Positions 38,623-48,716 of a stretch of DNA of 64,000 nucleotides are shown one piece after another (the stretch's first letter is position 1; every line of letters begins with the position of its first letter). The DNA lies in assembly GCA_037440465.1 (NCBI GenBank), contig JBBIUB010000001.1:32001-96000 (forward strand), given 5' to 3'. This DNA is from Coprothermobacterota bacterium (GTDB taxonomy: Bacteria; Coprothermobacterota; HKB111). The position numbers and the translations under genes were made by a program. The notes under the pieces were generated by a model. That model was not told the origin of the DNA and made no database searches. It saw only the letters and a list, made by a program, of their open reading frames with translations.

Positions 38623-39540
38623 TTAACTAATTTTTTTACTCTTTAGACTTTTTTCAAGAATATTCCTGAATAAATCTCTATCAATCTCAGTTACAATCTC
38701 AAGTCTTTCTCCTTCCTTTAAAACACTCATTCCCCTCATCGTTGTGTAATTTAATTCCATCTCCAGACCAGCAATAATCTTACCCTTAATAACCTCAGGA
38801 TACAAATAAGCAGCCATAGCTATTGGGTCAGGAAGTGTCAACTTCTCTAAGCCATAGAATTTATGGACAAATCTAATTGGAGTAGCTGCTAATTCCAAAA
38901 AAAGATTACCGAGTCTACCTTTTCCTGCAGCAATTTCATTTACTTCTTTTTTTGAAAAAGGTATTTTAACGATAGGATCCCAGGGAACAATTAGAAAGGG
39001 TATATCAAGGTTTAACAAGTATTGCGCTGATTCGGGATCTGCAAAGAAATTAAATTCTGCGAACTTTGTAACATTACCTCTTTCAATTGCTCCTCCCATA
39101 GCCACAATGCTCTTGACCTTTTTCTTTACTTCAGGAAATAGATTAAATGTTATAGCAAGGTTAGTCAGTGGTCCAAGTGTTATAATATCTATATTATCTT
39201 CCTTGATGAGTAAGTCTTTTAATCCCTGAGGAGCTGAAACACTTTCTTCCATCTTTGAACCCAGAGGAAGAGAAACGTTACCAAGACCATCTTCTCCATG
39301 AACTCCTTCAGCACGAATTAACTTCTGAATTAGGGGAGCAGAAGCACCTTTATAAACAGGAATCTCTTCTCTTCCCATGAAATGGAGAAGGCGAAGGACA
39401 TTACGCGTTGCTTTCTCTATAGAAACATTACCGTTGACAGTTGATATACCTATTACTTTTATATCCTTAGTTTGAAGTGCCATAATAATAGCTATGGCAT
39501 CGTCTATGCCACAATCAGTATCAATAATAATCTTCTTCAT
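38623..39540 (-). CDS. Nucleoside hydrolase (second paralog)
   Basis: DTDCGIDD, HGEDGLG, LGPLTN and AEFNFFADPE motifs; LPD replaces the HD motif. Confidence 0.92.
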   Translation of the reverse strand: MKKIIIDTDCGIDDAIAIIMALQTKDIKVIGISTVNGNVSIEKATRNVLRLLHFMGREEIPVYKGASAPLIQKLIRAEGVHGEDGLGNVSLPLGSKMEESVSAPQGLKDLLIKEDNIDIITLGPLTNLAITFNLFPEVKKKVKSIVAMGGAIERGNVTKFAEFNFFADPESAQYLLNLDIPFLIVPWDPIVKIPFSKKEVNEIAAGKGRLGNLFLELAATPIRFVHKFYGLEKLTLPDPIAMAAYLYPEVIKGKIIAGLEMELNYTTMRGMSVLKEGERLEIVTEIDRDLFRNILEKSLKSKKIS

Positions 39541-40432
39541 TTCTCTCCTTTAGGAAATCTAATATTTCTTGTTTCTCTGGTGCAGACTGAGAAGCACCCG
39601 GCCGGGTTACTGAGATGGCAGCTGCTGCGCAGGCAAAGGTAATTGCTTTATTAAAACTATATCTCTCACTAAGAGCTACCGCTAATGTACCATTAAAGAC
39701 GTCTCCAGCTGCAGTGGAATCAAGTGCATCAACCTTGAAAGCTGGAAAGTGGAAACTATTATTCTCATCAACATAGTAACAACCTTTATTACCTAATTTG
39801 ACCAGAATCTTTTTCGCTCCCATTTCTTTTAAGATTTCCACACCTTCTAAATAATGAGGAACATTTGTGAGTTGTTGCAGCTCTACCTTATTAGGAGTAA
39901 TAAGATCGGGGAGATTAACAAATTCTTTCATTGATGAAGAAAAGGGTGCTGGGTCAAATATAGAGAAGACTTTCTTTTCCCTTGCTACCTTCAAGGCTTC
40001 TACAGTGGTTTCTATGGGAATTTCTCCCTGTAAAAGGAGAATGTCACCGGGAGAAGAAAGATTGCTAAAGATTCCCACATCATCAACGGATACAAGCTGG
40101 TTAGTTCCTTTTATAATTACTATTTTGTTTTCCCCAGTTTCTGATACATTTATAAGTGCAGTGCCTGTAGATGTTCTTTCATCCTTTACAAATTGAAGAT
40201 TAAGCTTCTTGCTCTTAAGTTCCTGAATCAAGACATCACCAAAAAAGTCTGCACCGACCCTTCCTATAAAGGTTACTTCTCCCCCAGCCAGCTTAGCAGC
40301 GACAGCCTGGTTCGCCCCTTTTCCTCCCTGGTTCATAATAAACCTGGTACCTACAATGGTTTCCCCAACCTCAGGAAACTTATCCGAGAAAACCACCAGA
40401 TCCATATTCACCGAACCCAAGACAAAAATCAC
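39521..40432 (-). CDS. rbsK: Ribokinase
   Basis: GSVNMDLV, GGKGANQAVA, LLQGEIP, DSTAAGDVF and GASQSAP motifs. Confidence 0.92.
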   Translation of the reverse strand: MIFVLGSVNMDLVVFSDKFPEVGETIVGTRFIMNQGGKGANQAVAAKLAGGEVTFIGRVGADFFGDVLIQELKSKKLNLQFVKDERTSTGTALINVSETGENKIVIIKGTNQLVSVDDVGIFSNLSSPGDILLLQGEIPIETTVEALKVAREKKVFSIFDPAPFSSSMKEFVNLPDLITPNKVELQQLTNVPHYLEGVEILKEMGAKKILVKLGNKGCYYVDENNSFHFPAFKVDALDSTAAGDVFNGTLAVALSERYSFNKAITFACAAAAISVTRPGASQSAPEKQEILDFLKERNEEDYY

Positions 40433-40714
40433 ATCTGCCTTCTAAGAAAATACATAGTCATAATCTTACAATTATTCCAATACCTAAAAGATTCACCCTT
40501 TCCACTCTTAAAAACAACTTTTTTACTTTTTATAAACTTAACCTCTGCTATTCAAATGTATATATATTGTGTATATTCTATACCAAAAATTAACACAGTC
40601 AACTATTTTGGGTGATTATTTTATACACTTATATTAAAATAGAGTATAAATAATTATATTTATAAAAATCTTAAACAGAGAAGAATTTATTGGGGAGGTA
40701 TTCAAAAAAAGAGG

Positions 40715-42058
40715 ATGAAAGTCCAGGATTATATCAAAAGATTATTTTACGACTCCGAAATCGTAGAAAAGGATCCAGAGTGGGAAGTAATAAAATCTCA
40801 GGATAATATCAGAACAACATACCTTACAATGCTCTGGAATAGTAGGGTTCCTTACTCCAATGCACCAGAATCTCTGGTAGCCAGTTCCATACAGTCTTTA
40901 GAAAATCAAGGGTTTGATATGGCTAGAAGGGAAAAGCTGTTTAAAGAAGGGTTAAAAGCATTGGAAGAAAAGGATGTAAAAAAGCTGGAACTATTTACTC
41001 CTAAAATATTTTCCACCAATTATTTAAGGAGAATAAAAAATCATCCTTACCTGAAATTTTCACGACCTTCAAGCTTTGAGGAAGTATCTAAGGATTTCCC
41101 TATTATAAGTAAAGAAAAAATCAAATCCAGAGAAAGGGTCTATGGGGGCTTACTCGGAAGCATTATTGGTGGAGCTTATGGTACTCCCATAGAGGGTTAT
41201 ACATACTGGCAACTGGAAAAAAGATATGATAAATTTGACTACTATTTAAGACCTGTGAACACAATCAATGATGATATATGCTTTCAAATAGTCTTTCTAT
41301 TAAAATACCTTAAAAAGGGTGATAAAATAACCTCTCGAGATGTAGCATATGGCTGGTTAAAATATATACCTTTTGGATGGTCAGCGGAGTTAATAGCGCT
41401 GGAGAATTTAAGAAGAGGCATCTTTCCACCTCAATCTGCAACACTCAATAATCCATTTGGCGAATGGATAGGTGCAGCCATGCGTGGAACTATGCCAGGT
41501 CTTATCTCCGCAGGTGACCCAAATAAAGCAGTTAGGTTGGCCTACACGGATGCTACTGTATCCCATTATCTTAATGGTGTATATGGAGAGATGTTTATAT
41601 CAGCACTGACTTCTCTAGCTTTTATCTGTAATAATATTGAGGAAATAATTAACACTGGTAAAAAATTTGTACCGCATAATACTGAGCTATACTCGGTTAT
41701 TGATGAAATTTTAAGTGAAATAAATAGGGATAGGAATTTTTTCAGACTGAGAGATTACATATACAGAAGATTTCAGGATTACAACTGGATTCATCTTTAT
41801 CCTAATATAGCAGTGGTTTTAGTATCTCTTTTATTGGGAAAAGAAGATTTTCAAAAAACCTTAGAAATGATTGGCAAGTCAGGTTTTGATGTAGATTGCA
41901 ATGGTGGTATGGCATTGAGTATCCTGGGCGTTTTAAATCCAGAAAGTATTCCACAAGCTTTAATAAAACCAATTACCAACAAGATAAATACTTACCTGAG
42001 AGGTATGGAAGAGATACAGGTAGATTACCTTGTAGATGAGATTATGAAAGCACAATAA
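40715..42058 (+). CDS. ADP-ribosylglycohydrolase (ARH/DraG-like) family protein with N-terminal extension
   Basis: G.IIGGAYGTPIEG, NDDI, SAE..AL.NL, EWIGAAMR, DA.VSH..NG and GFDVDCNG motifs. Confidence 0.82.
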   Translation: MKVQDYIKRLFYDSEIVEKDPEWEVIKSQDNIRTTYLTMLWNSRVPYSNAPESLVASSIQSLENQGFDMARREKLFKEGLKALEEKDVKKLELFTPKIFSTNYLRRIKNHPYLKFSRPSSFEEVSKDFPIISKEKIKSRERVYGGLLGSIIGGAYGTPIEGYTYWQLEKRYDKFDYYLRPVNTINDDICFQIVFLLKYLKKGDKITSRDVAYGWLKYIPFGWSAELIALENLRRGIFPPQSATLNNPFGEWIGAAMRGTMPGLISAGDPNKAVRLAYTDATVSHYLNGVYGEMFISALTSLAFICNNIEEIINTGKKFVPHNTELYSVIDEILSEINRDRNFFRLRDYIYRRFQDYNWIHLYPNIAVVLVSLLLGKEDFQKTLEMIGKSGFDVDCNGGMALSILGVLNPESIPQALIKPITNKINTYLRGMEEIQVDYLVDEIMKAQ

Positions 42059-42070
42059 CATGAGTTACTT

Positions 42071-42730
42071 ATGACAGTTAGCGAAAACAGAAAAAACCTG
42101 ATCTGGATATATAATCAACTTTACCAATTCTTTGGTCCCCAGCACTGGTGGCCAGCAAGAACTCCTTTTGAAGTAATGATAGGTGCGATACTAACTCAGA
42201 ACACTTCCTGGTTAAATGTTGAGAAGGCAATAAATAACCTTAAAAGGGATAACTTATTGGAGATAGAAAAGATAAAACATCTAAATACTGACAAACTGGC
42301 TTCAATAATCAAACCTGCTGGTTATTATAATATTAAAGCCAGAAGAATTAAAAACCTTGTAAAATTATTATGTTCAATATACTCAAGTGATTTTGATAAG
42401 ATGTCTGACCTAGACCTTTCAAAACTAAGGACAGAACTCCTTTCTATAAATGGGATAGGACCCGAAACGGCAGACTCAATACTTCTTTATGCTCTTAATA
42501 AACCTGTATTTGTGATTGATGCTTACACCAGAAGGGTATTAGCCCGACACAATATTTTAGATGAAGAAGCTACTTATGAATGTTTTCAAATCTATTTCAT
42601 GAACAACCTTCCTCATGACATAAGGCTCTTTAAAGAATTTCATGCCTTACTGGTTCAACTTGGAAAAAACATCTGCAGGAAGGTTCCTGCTTGTGATGTC
42701 TGTCCACTTAAAACCCTGAAAAACATATGA
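42071..42730 (+). CDS. Endonuclease III-related HhH-GPD protein (COG2231-like)
   Basis: WWP, GAILTQNT.W, GIGPETADSILLYA, VIDAYTRR and C-terminal CRKVPACDVCP motifs. Confidence 0.88.
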   Translation: MTVSENRKNLIWIYNQLYQFFGPQHWWPARTPFEVMIGAILTQNTSWLNVEKAINNLKRDNLLEIEKIKHLNTDKLASIIKPAGYYNIKARRIKNLVKLLCSIYSSDFDKMSDLDLSKLRTELLSINGIGPETADSILLYALNKPVFVIDAYTRRVLARHNILDEEATYECFQIYFMNNLPHDIRLFKEFHALLVQLGKNICRKVPACDVCPLKTLKNI

Positions 42731-42763
42731 TAGTGGTAAAATTCTAACTGGTAGGGATAGTCA

Positions 42764-43351
42764 ATGATCCATAATATGAAGAAAAACAGTAATAAGAAAA
42801 TAAATAACCTGTCGGTTTTTGATAAAAACTTTAAAGAAATACTAACTTCACAACTGGTTTCTATATCAGGTGGACTCATAGCAGGAATCGTTCTCGCTGT
42901 ATACACTGATAAGATTTTCCTTATACCAGGAATGCTTATTCTACTTCCAGGATTTCTGGAAATGCGTGGAAATATTAGTGGCTCTCTTGCCTCAAGAATA
43001 AGCTCCGGTTTATTCTTAGGGGTGATTAAAACAGACAAGATCAATACCCCACTGATTAGAGGTAATATCCTAGCTTCCTTCCTGCTGGCTGTACTGGTAT
43101 CCTTTGCTCTCGGTACTGTAACTTTTCTGTTAAATTTTTTGGCCTTTCGAATATTCACTCCGGAAATCATAATCATAGCTATTATTGCTGGATGTCTCGC
43201 TAATCTTGTGGAAATCCCTCTTACCCTTTTAACCACTCTCTACATCTTCAAGAAAGGGTACGATCCTAATAACATAATGGGTCCTTTTGTAACATCTACA
43301 GGAGATATAATCAGCATACTATCTCTCCTGATTGCGTTGGTGATAGTATGA
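42764..43351 (+). CDS. MgtE-family integral membrane domain protein (no CBS domains)
   Basis: LLPG...RGNISGSLASR and DPNNIMGPFVTSTGD motifs. Confidence 0.8.
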   Translation: MIHNMKKNSNKKINNLSVFDKNFKEILTSQLVSISGGLIAGIVLAVYTDKIFLIPGMLILLPGFLEMRGNISGSLASRISSGLFLGVIKTDKINTPLIRGNILASFLLAVLVSFALGTVTFLLNFLAFRIFTPEIIIIAIIAGCLANLVEIPLTLLTTLYIFKKGYDPNNIMGPFVTSTGDIISILSLLIALVIV

Positions 43352-44043
43352 AAAAGGTTACTGAACACCTTGAAAAGCTGAAAGGAACACCAAGGAAAAA
43401 ACATCATTCTCTAATAGATGAGATTCATACTGAACATAGGATTTCCAAGAAGACCCTCTTTTATATAAAAGAATATGGACCAAAATCCAATGTTCCCAGA
43501 ACCATCATCAGGGAAAGCGTCCTTATACTTCTACTGGCTTCGGCGGTTAGTTCTCTGGGAGGCTTCGCACTGGAAAGAATAAAAGTCACTTTTATCTCCC
43601 TCATGCCTTTAGTAGTCTTGTTACCTGCCTTAAATGACATGATAGGAGATTACGGAGTAATAGTATCTTCCAGGGTTTCTACTATGCTACACCAGGGTAA
43701 AATGAGGAAAAACTGGTGGTTGGATAAAGAGTTAAGGAAATTATTTCTTCAGATTTTGATTATTGCACTAATTACTACTGTTTTAAGTGTTCTTGTGGCC
43801 TTTTTTGCTTCCAAGTTTTCAGGTTATTCCACCAGCATATACACTACACTTAAGATTTTCTTTATAGCAATCCTTGATGTCTTGATAATTGTAAACATTT
43901 TATTTTTCACAAGTCTTAAAGCTGGATGGTATTTATATAAAAAGGAAGAGGATCCTAATAACTTTCTTATTCCTATTACCACCTCTATAGCAGATTTTGG
44001 TAATATGGTTCTTTTATGGGTTCTGGTAAGACTGCTTTTTTAA
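43348..44043 (+). CDS. MgtE-family integral membrane domain protein with His/Lys-rich N-terminus
   Basis: LLPALNDMIGDYG.IVSSR and DPNNFLIPITTSIAD motifs; 4-nt overlap with its partner. Confidence 0.78.
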   Translation: MKKVTEHLEKLKGTPRKKHHSLIDEIHTEHRISKKTLFYIKEYGPKSNVPRTIIRESVLILLLASAVSSLGGFALERIKVTFISLMPLVVLLPALNDMIGDYGVIVSSRVSTMLHQGKMRKNWWLDKELRKLFLQILIIALITTVLSVLVAFFASKFSGYSTSIYTTLKIFFIAILDVLIIVNILFFTSLKAGWYLYKKEEDPNNFLIPITTSIADFGNMVLLWVLVRLLF

Positions 44044-44077
44044 AAAAGAAGGCCCACTAACCTGTGCTTCAGAAAGC

Positions 44078-45361
44078 CTACCTTTTTATGAACTGGTCTC
44101 TTTCTGGTCCTACAGACACTGCTTTAATGGGTATATTTATAAGATTTTCTAAGTAATTTACATACTCCTTAGCTTCAAAAGGTAGGTCTTTAAAAGAGCG
44201 ACAACTCACCAAGTTTCCTTCCCAACCAGGTAAGGTATCGTAAACAGGCAATAATCTTAAGAATTCGGTTATTGAAGCAGGAGGATGCTCTATCACTTTA
44301 CCATCCAGGTTATAAGAGCTTGCTACCTTGATCTCTTTTAAACCACTTAAAACATCAAGCTTGGTTAGGATTATCTCCGTAGTCCCGCTTACAAAAGCAG
44401 TGTACCTTGCCAGAACACCATCAAACCACCCACATCTGCGAGGACGACCAGTAGTAGCCCCAAACTCCTTACCTTTCTGTCTTAGGTACTCTCCTGTTTC
44501 ATTAACCTGCTCGGTGGGCAAGGGACCACCACCTACACGACTGATATAGGTTTTATACACCCCTATTACTCTATTAATGGATTTTAATGGTAAGCCAGTG
44601 CCAACAAGAGCTCCTCCTGTCATTGTATGGGATGAGGTTACAAAGGGGTAAGTCCCAAAATCAAGATCCAAAAGAGCGCCCTGGGCACCTTCTAATAAAA
44701 TTTTCTTCCCGGAAGTGAGAGCTTCCTGCCAGAATGCAATTGAGTCAACAATGAGATCTTTTACTTCAGCAGTTTCCAATATCAAGTTAGATATAATATC
44801 ATCAGCATTCAATAATGGTTTATTCAAAACCTGCAACAATAGATTAACCTCTTTTACTCTGTTAATAATGACATCTGCTAACTCATCTGGTTTCTTAAGA
44901 AGAGCGATCACAACTCCATCTCTTCTTGCCTTATCTCCATAAGCAGGACCTATACCTCTTCTGGTAGTTCCAATTTTTTTAGTACGTATTTCTTCTTCAA
45001 TGTCTTCCAAAACAGGGTGATATGGTAAAACTAAATGCGCACGCTCACTTATATAAAGTTGTGGTTGAAAACCCATTTTCTTAAGATTATTTAACTCTTT
45101 TATGAGTTGTCCAAGGTCAATAACAACACCATTTCCTATCAAACCAACCACACCTTCATGAAGTAGGCCAGAAGGTAAGAGGTGAAAAATATATGTTTTG
45201 TCTTTTATTTTAACAGTGTGGCCAGCATTACTACCACCATTAAAACGAGCAACTATTTCATAATCTGCTGCAAGAAGGTCAATTATGCGACCCTTACCTT
45301 CATCTCCAAATTGCATACCTATTACTATATCAACCATTTTCTGATGCTCTTTTTCTTCCAT
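44078..45361 (-). CDS. purA: Adenylosuccinate synthetase
   Basis: QFGDEGKG, NAGHT, GTTRRGIGPAY, EGAQG, GTYPFVTSS and TTGRPRRCGW motifs. Confidence 0.98.
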   Translation of the reverse strand: MEEKEHQKMVDIVIGMQFGDEGKGRIIDLLAADYEIVARFNGGSNAGHTVKIKDKTYIFHLLPSGLLHEGVVGLIGNGVVIDLGQLIKELNNLKKMGFQPQLYISERAHLVLPYHPVLEDIEEEIRTKKIGTTRRGIGPAYGDKARRDGVVIALLKKPDELADVIINRVKEVNLLLQVLNKPLLNADDIISNLILETAEVKDLIVDSIAFWQEALTSGKKILLEGAQGALLDLDFGTYPFVTSSHTMTGGALVGTGLPLKSINRVIGVYKTYISRVGGGPLPTEQVNETGEYLRQKGKEFGATTGRPRRCGWFDGVLARYTAFVSGTTEIILTKLDVLSGLKEIKVASSYNLDGKVIEHPPASITEFLRLLPVYDTLPGWEGNLVSCRSFKDLPFEAKEYVNYLENLINIPIKAVSVGPERDQFIKR

Positions 45362-45370
45362 GAATAATAA

Positions 45371-46669
45371 TTACTCCTGACACCGTGCGAAAATATCTTC
45401 TACATTGGATAAATAAATATCAGGTTTACCAAGTTCATCCAGCTCTTGCCCACTTATAATAGAGACAAGATCGGGGTTATGTTTAATAGCATCTTTTAAA
45501 TCAATTCCTTCATCCATAGCAGTATTAACCAAGCCCTGAACAATTTGATAAGCCTTACCTCTTCTAAGTCCTTTCTTTTGAAGAAGTACCAATAGCTCCT
45601 CTGAGTAAATATAACCATCAAGAAGTTTCAGGTTCTTCTCTATAAGGCTGGTATTTATCTCAAGGTTATTAACCACTTCAAAGAGAGTAAGATACATGTA
45701 ATCAAGTAAAATAAATATTTCAGGAATAACAAATCTTTCAACCGAAGAATGGCTAATATCACGTTCATACCAAAGACTAACGTTTTCAAGTACCGGAGTA
45801 ACTCTTGAGCGTATTAACCTGCTAATCCCGCATAATCGTTCGCACAAAATAGGATTTCTCTTGTGGGGCATAGCTGAAGAACCTTTTTGTCCTTTATAAA
45901 AAGGTTCGCTGGCTTCACCTACTTCAGTTTGTTGAAACAACCTAATCTGAAGAGCTATCCTCTCAATATTTGCAGTTGCCACAGCTGCTGTAGTTACAAG
46001 AAATGCTATCCTGTCCCGTGGAACTATCTGAGTTGATACAGGTTCAATTTCTAACCCTAATTCATCAAGAATTTCTTTTTCTAATGCAGGTGTTATGAAA
46101 GCATAATTTCCAACGGCTCCTGAAATTTTTCCAAAAGAAACTCCTTTAAGCGCATAAGATAGACGCTCCCTATCCCTCTTTAGGGAACTGAACCAACCTA
46201 GAATTCTCACTCCCAAGCTCAATGGCTCAGCATGCACACCATGAGTTCTGCCAATAGCCAATTGCTTTTTATACTGAGTTGCCTTACTTCTTAATGCACC
46301 AGAAGCCTTATTAAGACTATCCAGAAGAAGCTCACCTGCCTGCTTGAATAACAAGCCAAGTGCTGAATCTTCTATATCGTAGGAAGTAAGACCAAGATGT
46401 AAGTACTGTGATAAGTCTCCTATTTGTTCTTCAACACTTTGAACAAAGGCTAATAGGTCATGTCGTGAAGATTTTTCCAGCTCTTTGATTCGGTCAGTGT
46501 TGATGCTTGACAGGTTCCTTATTTTTTCAAAAACTCCTGTAGGAATCAGTTGGTGTCTTTCTCTAACCTTTAAGACAGCTAATTCTACCTCAAGCCAGCG
46601 ATTTAACTTTGACTCTTCGGTAAATAAATCAAGCATCTCTTTTCTACTGTATCTTTTTAAAGCGTTCAT
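45371..46669 (-). CDS. purB: Adenylosuccinate lyase
   Basis: HLGLTS, GRTHGVHAEP, SGAVG, GSSAMPHKRNP and ERDISHSSVER motifs. Confidence 0.97.
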   Translation of the reverse strand: MNALKRYSRKEMLDLFTEESKLNRWLEVELAVLKVRERHQLIPTGVFEKIRNLSSINTDRIKELEKSSRHDLLAFVQSVEEQIGDLSQYLHLGLTSYDIEDSALGLLFKQAGELLLDSLNKASGALRSKATQYKKQLAIGRTHGVHAEPLSLGVRILGWFSSLKRDRERLSYALKGVSFGKISGAVGNYAFITPALEKEILDELGLEIEPVSTQIVPRDRIAFLVTTAAVATANIERIALQIRLFQQTEVGEASEPFYKGQKGSSAMPHKRNPILCERLCGISRLIRSRVTPVLENVSLWYERDISHSSVERFVIPEIFILLDYMYLTLFEVVNNLEINTSLIEKNLKLLDGYIYSEELLVLLQKKGLRRGKAYQIVQGLVNTAMDEGIDLKDAIKHNPDLVSIISGQELDELGKPDIYLSNVEDIFARCQE

Positions 46670-46839
46670 GTATTATCCTCCGCTTATTATTCTACCAGAT
46701 AAAGTAATTTCCCCTGAATTCTTCAACCAAATAAGGCATTTGCTAAATAACTATAACTATAAGAGAGGTTAGCAAAGTTAATAAGATTATAACTATATAT
46801 GAATTATGCACTCTTTCTTGCTAATGAAAAGAAGTAATC

Positions 46840-47087
46840 TTCAATCAATTTATCAATTCTTCTTTGGTAATAGAGGAAGTGTCTTTTCCAGGTTCAGGGT
46901 AGTAACTATATTTCTGGCAATAAGCTTCACTTCTCGTTTGCTCAATTGGTATTTTCCAGGCATAATCAGGAGTAAGAAAATATCCACAACAGAACCAACC
47001 AGAACAATAAAGTTAAAAAAGAGCCACCGTAAAAGTAATTAAAGCCACAGTATAGAGATAGACTTTTGGAACGGTCCAGTTACTCAA
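46840..47087 (-). pseudogene. Probable disrupted small membrane-protein gene
   Basis: GGAGG then TTG at 47087 gives MSNWTVPKVYLYTVALITFTVALF, stopped by TAA at a T6 run. A shifted frame continues the hydrophobic helix (NFIVLVGSVVDIF), and TPDYAWKIP... follows. Confidence 0.45.
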
Positions 47088-47174
47088 TTGTATCCTCCAA
47101 AATATTTCTATTTTTTGTTCTTTATTATTACTAAAAGAATGGTAATATTAACAATTGAAAGGAGAAAGCTCAAA

Positions 47175-47972
47175 ATGCTGGAAATATCTTCAGAGAGTAT
47201 TGATATCTTAAGATTTGTTAAAGACTATCATTTTTCTAAAATAACCCTGGATATAGAAACCCTTGACACAAGCAAACCAGCTATGTGGGATGAACCTATG
47301 GTTTCCTTTGCCATCTCTTTCATTCCGGATAATCTTATTCCTTTAGTAGTAGATATGCCTACTTTTGCATGGTGCATAGAAGATACTGAAGAAGAGGGGA
47401 AACTTTTATTAAGGTTAAAAGAAATATTTAATTATCTTAAAATAAGCACTCTCATAATCGGTCATAATGTAGCTTATGAACTTCAATGTAAGAAGTTAGA
47501 AGAATGGAATAATAAAACAGGATATGATATCCCTAAGATTATAAAAAGAGGAAAGGTTTGGGGACTTGACTTTAATTTTATAAAAGAATTCCCAACATAT
47601 GATACTATTGATGTAGCTTATTTCAAACTTAATCATATAGAACATGGAATATTTGGGAATTATGGTCTAAAAAAAATATTGAAAAGTGAAGAATTAGAAT
47701 CGTTTTTTAAAATTAAACGACCTTCAGGCTTACCAAAATTAGGGCCTGCTGTTAGTGAATACTTTAAAGATGGAAGATACAAGGAGATAATTCTATATAA
47801 CTGCTCTGATGTCATTGTCCAATCCCTTTTTTATCGTTTTATGGAACATAAATTAACTGTTTGTCCGGAAAAAAATGGATTGATTTCAATTAAAAAAAAC
47901 TGTGAACATATTCCCATTATTATTAAATTAGATGAAATTGAGACCTGGAAAAGTCTTATTAAGGAGGTTTAA
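47175..47972 (+). CDS. Stand-alone DnaQ/RNase H-like 3'-5' exonuclease domain protein (DEDDy)
   Basis: ExoI LDIET, ExoII GHNV...YDIP and ExoIII YNCSDV motifs. Start set to ATG 47175 after AAGGAG. Confidence 0.7.
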   Translation: MLEISSESIDILRFVKDYHFSKITLDIETLDTSKPAMWDEPMVSFAISFIPDNLIPLVVDMPTFAWCIEDTEEEGKLLLRLKEIFNYLKISTLIIGHNVAYELQCKKLEEWNNKTGYDIPKIIKRGKVWGLDFNFIKEFPTYDTIDVAYFKLNHIEHGIFGNYGLKKILKSEELESFFKIKRPSGLPKLGPAVSEYFKDGRYKEIILYNCSDVIVQSLFYRFMEHKLTVCPEKNGLISIKKNCEHIPIIIKLDEIETWKSLIKEV

Positions 47973-48716
47973 ATGAAGGCTATTATTGCTCTAAAACCTG
48001 AGGATAGTAAAAGACTTATCGCCAGAGGAGTGGTTTCTCTTCCTGAAGTTCATCAGGCTTTGGAAAAAGGTATTATCCACATTGCCCGTGGTACAACCTG
48101 TGCTTACGTCTTTGAAGAACTTACAGGAAGAAAAATTGATATTAATAAATATGTTGCAGGTTATATCGGAAATGGTGGACTAAGAGTTCTGCCAGCAAAT
48201 GAGAGGTTAAAACCTTTTACCTTGAAAAAGGGGGAAGTACTGGAGATTGAACCAAACGAAGTGCTATCTGAGATGGGTTATGGTGATGTTTTTATTAAAG
48301 GAGGTAATGCTCTTGACTTTGAAGGAAGAGTTGGTGTTTTGTGTGCGAACAGAGAAGGTGGAACTATTGGAGGAGCAATAGGTACAATAACCGCTCGGGG
48401 TATCCACCTTATTATGCCTATAAGCCTTAGAAAGCTGGTTCCCAACATACCTAAGGGTGCAAATCTTGGTGGTATTGATGAGTGTGACTACACTATGGGA
48501 GAAAAAGTAGCCTTATTCCCTGTTATCAATGGCAAAGTAATAACAGAGATTGATGCCTTCAAGCATCTATTTGACGTAGAAGCTACTCTTATAGCACAGG
48601 GTGGTCTGGGAGATATGGAAGGAGCTTTAATATTTGGATTAGTTGGAGAAAAAAATCAAGTCAACAGAGTCATTGAAAACCTTTGTCTTCCAAAAATCTA
48701 TCATGGACAAACTTAA
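47973..48716 (+). CDS. Conserved hypothetical protein (possibly NagB/RpiA/CoA-transferase-like fold)
   Basis: SKRLIARG, GTT, IKGGNALD, GGTIG, KLVP and TEIDA motifs; start directly after the upstream stop, with AAGGAGG. Confidence 0.6.
   Translation: MKAIIALKPEDSKRLIARGVVSLPEVHQALEKGIIHIARGTTCAYVFEELTGRKIDINKYVAGYIGNGGLRVLPANERLKPFTLKKGEVLEIEPNEVLSEMGYGDVFIKGGNALDFEGRVGVLCANREGGTIGGAIGTITARGIHLIMPISLRKLVPNIPKGANLGGIDECDYTMGEKVALFPVINGKVITEIDAFKHLFDVEATLIAQGGLGDMEGALIFGLVGEKNQVNRVIENLCLPKIYHGQT

Noticed and set aside
40620..40650. Operator palindrome TTTATACACT-N11-AGAGTATAAA in the rbsK/ARH promoter region
   Set aside because: A 9-of-10 inverted match in very AT-rich DNA could be chance, and there is no second copy or cognate regulator in the window.
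42655..43236. 193-aa minus-strand ORF
   Set aside because: Antisense shadow of the MgtE-like gene, with no recognisable motifs.
46806..47042. 78-aa plus-strand ORF
   Set aside because: No RBS or motifs; better explained as the antisense of the disrupted minus-strand gene.
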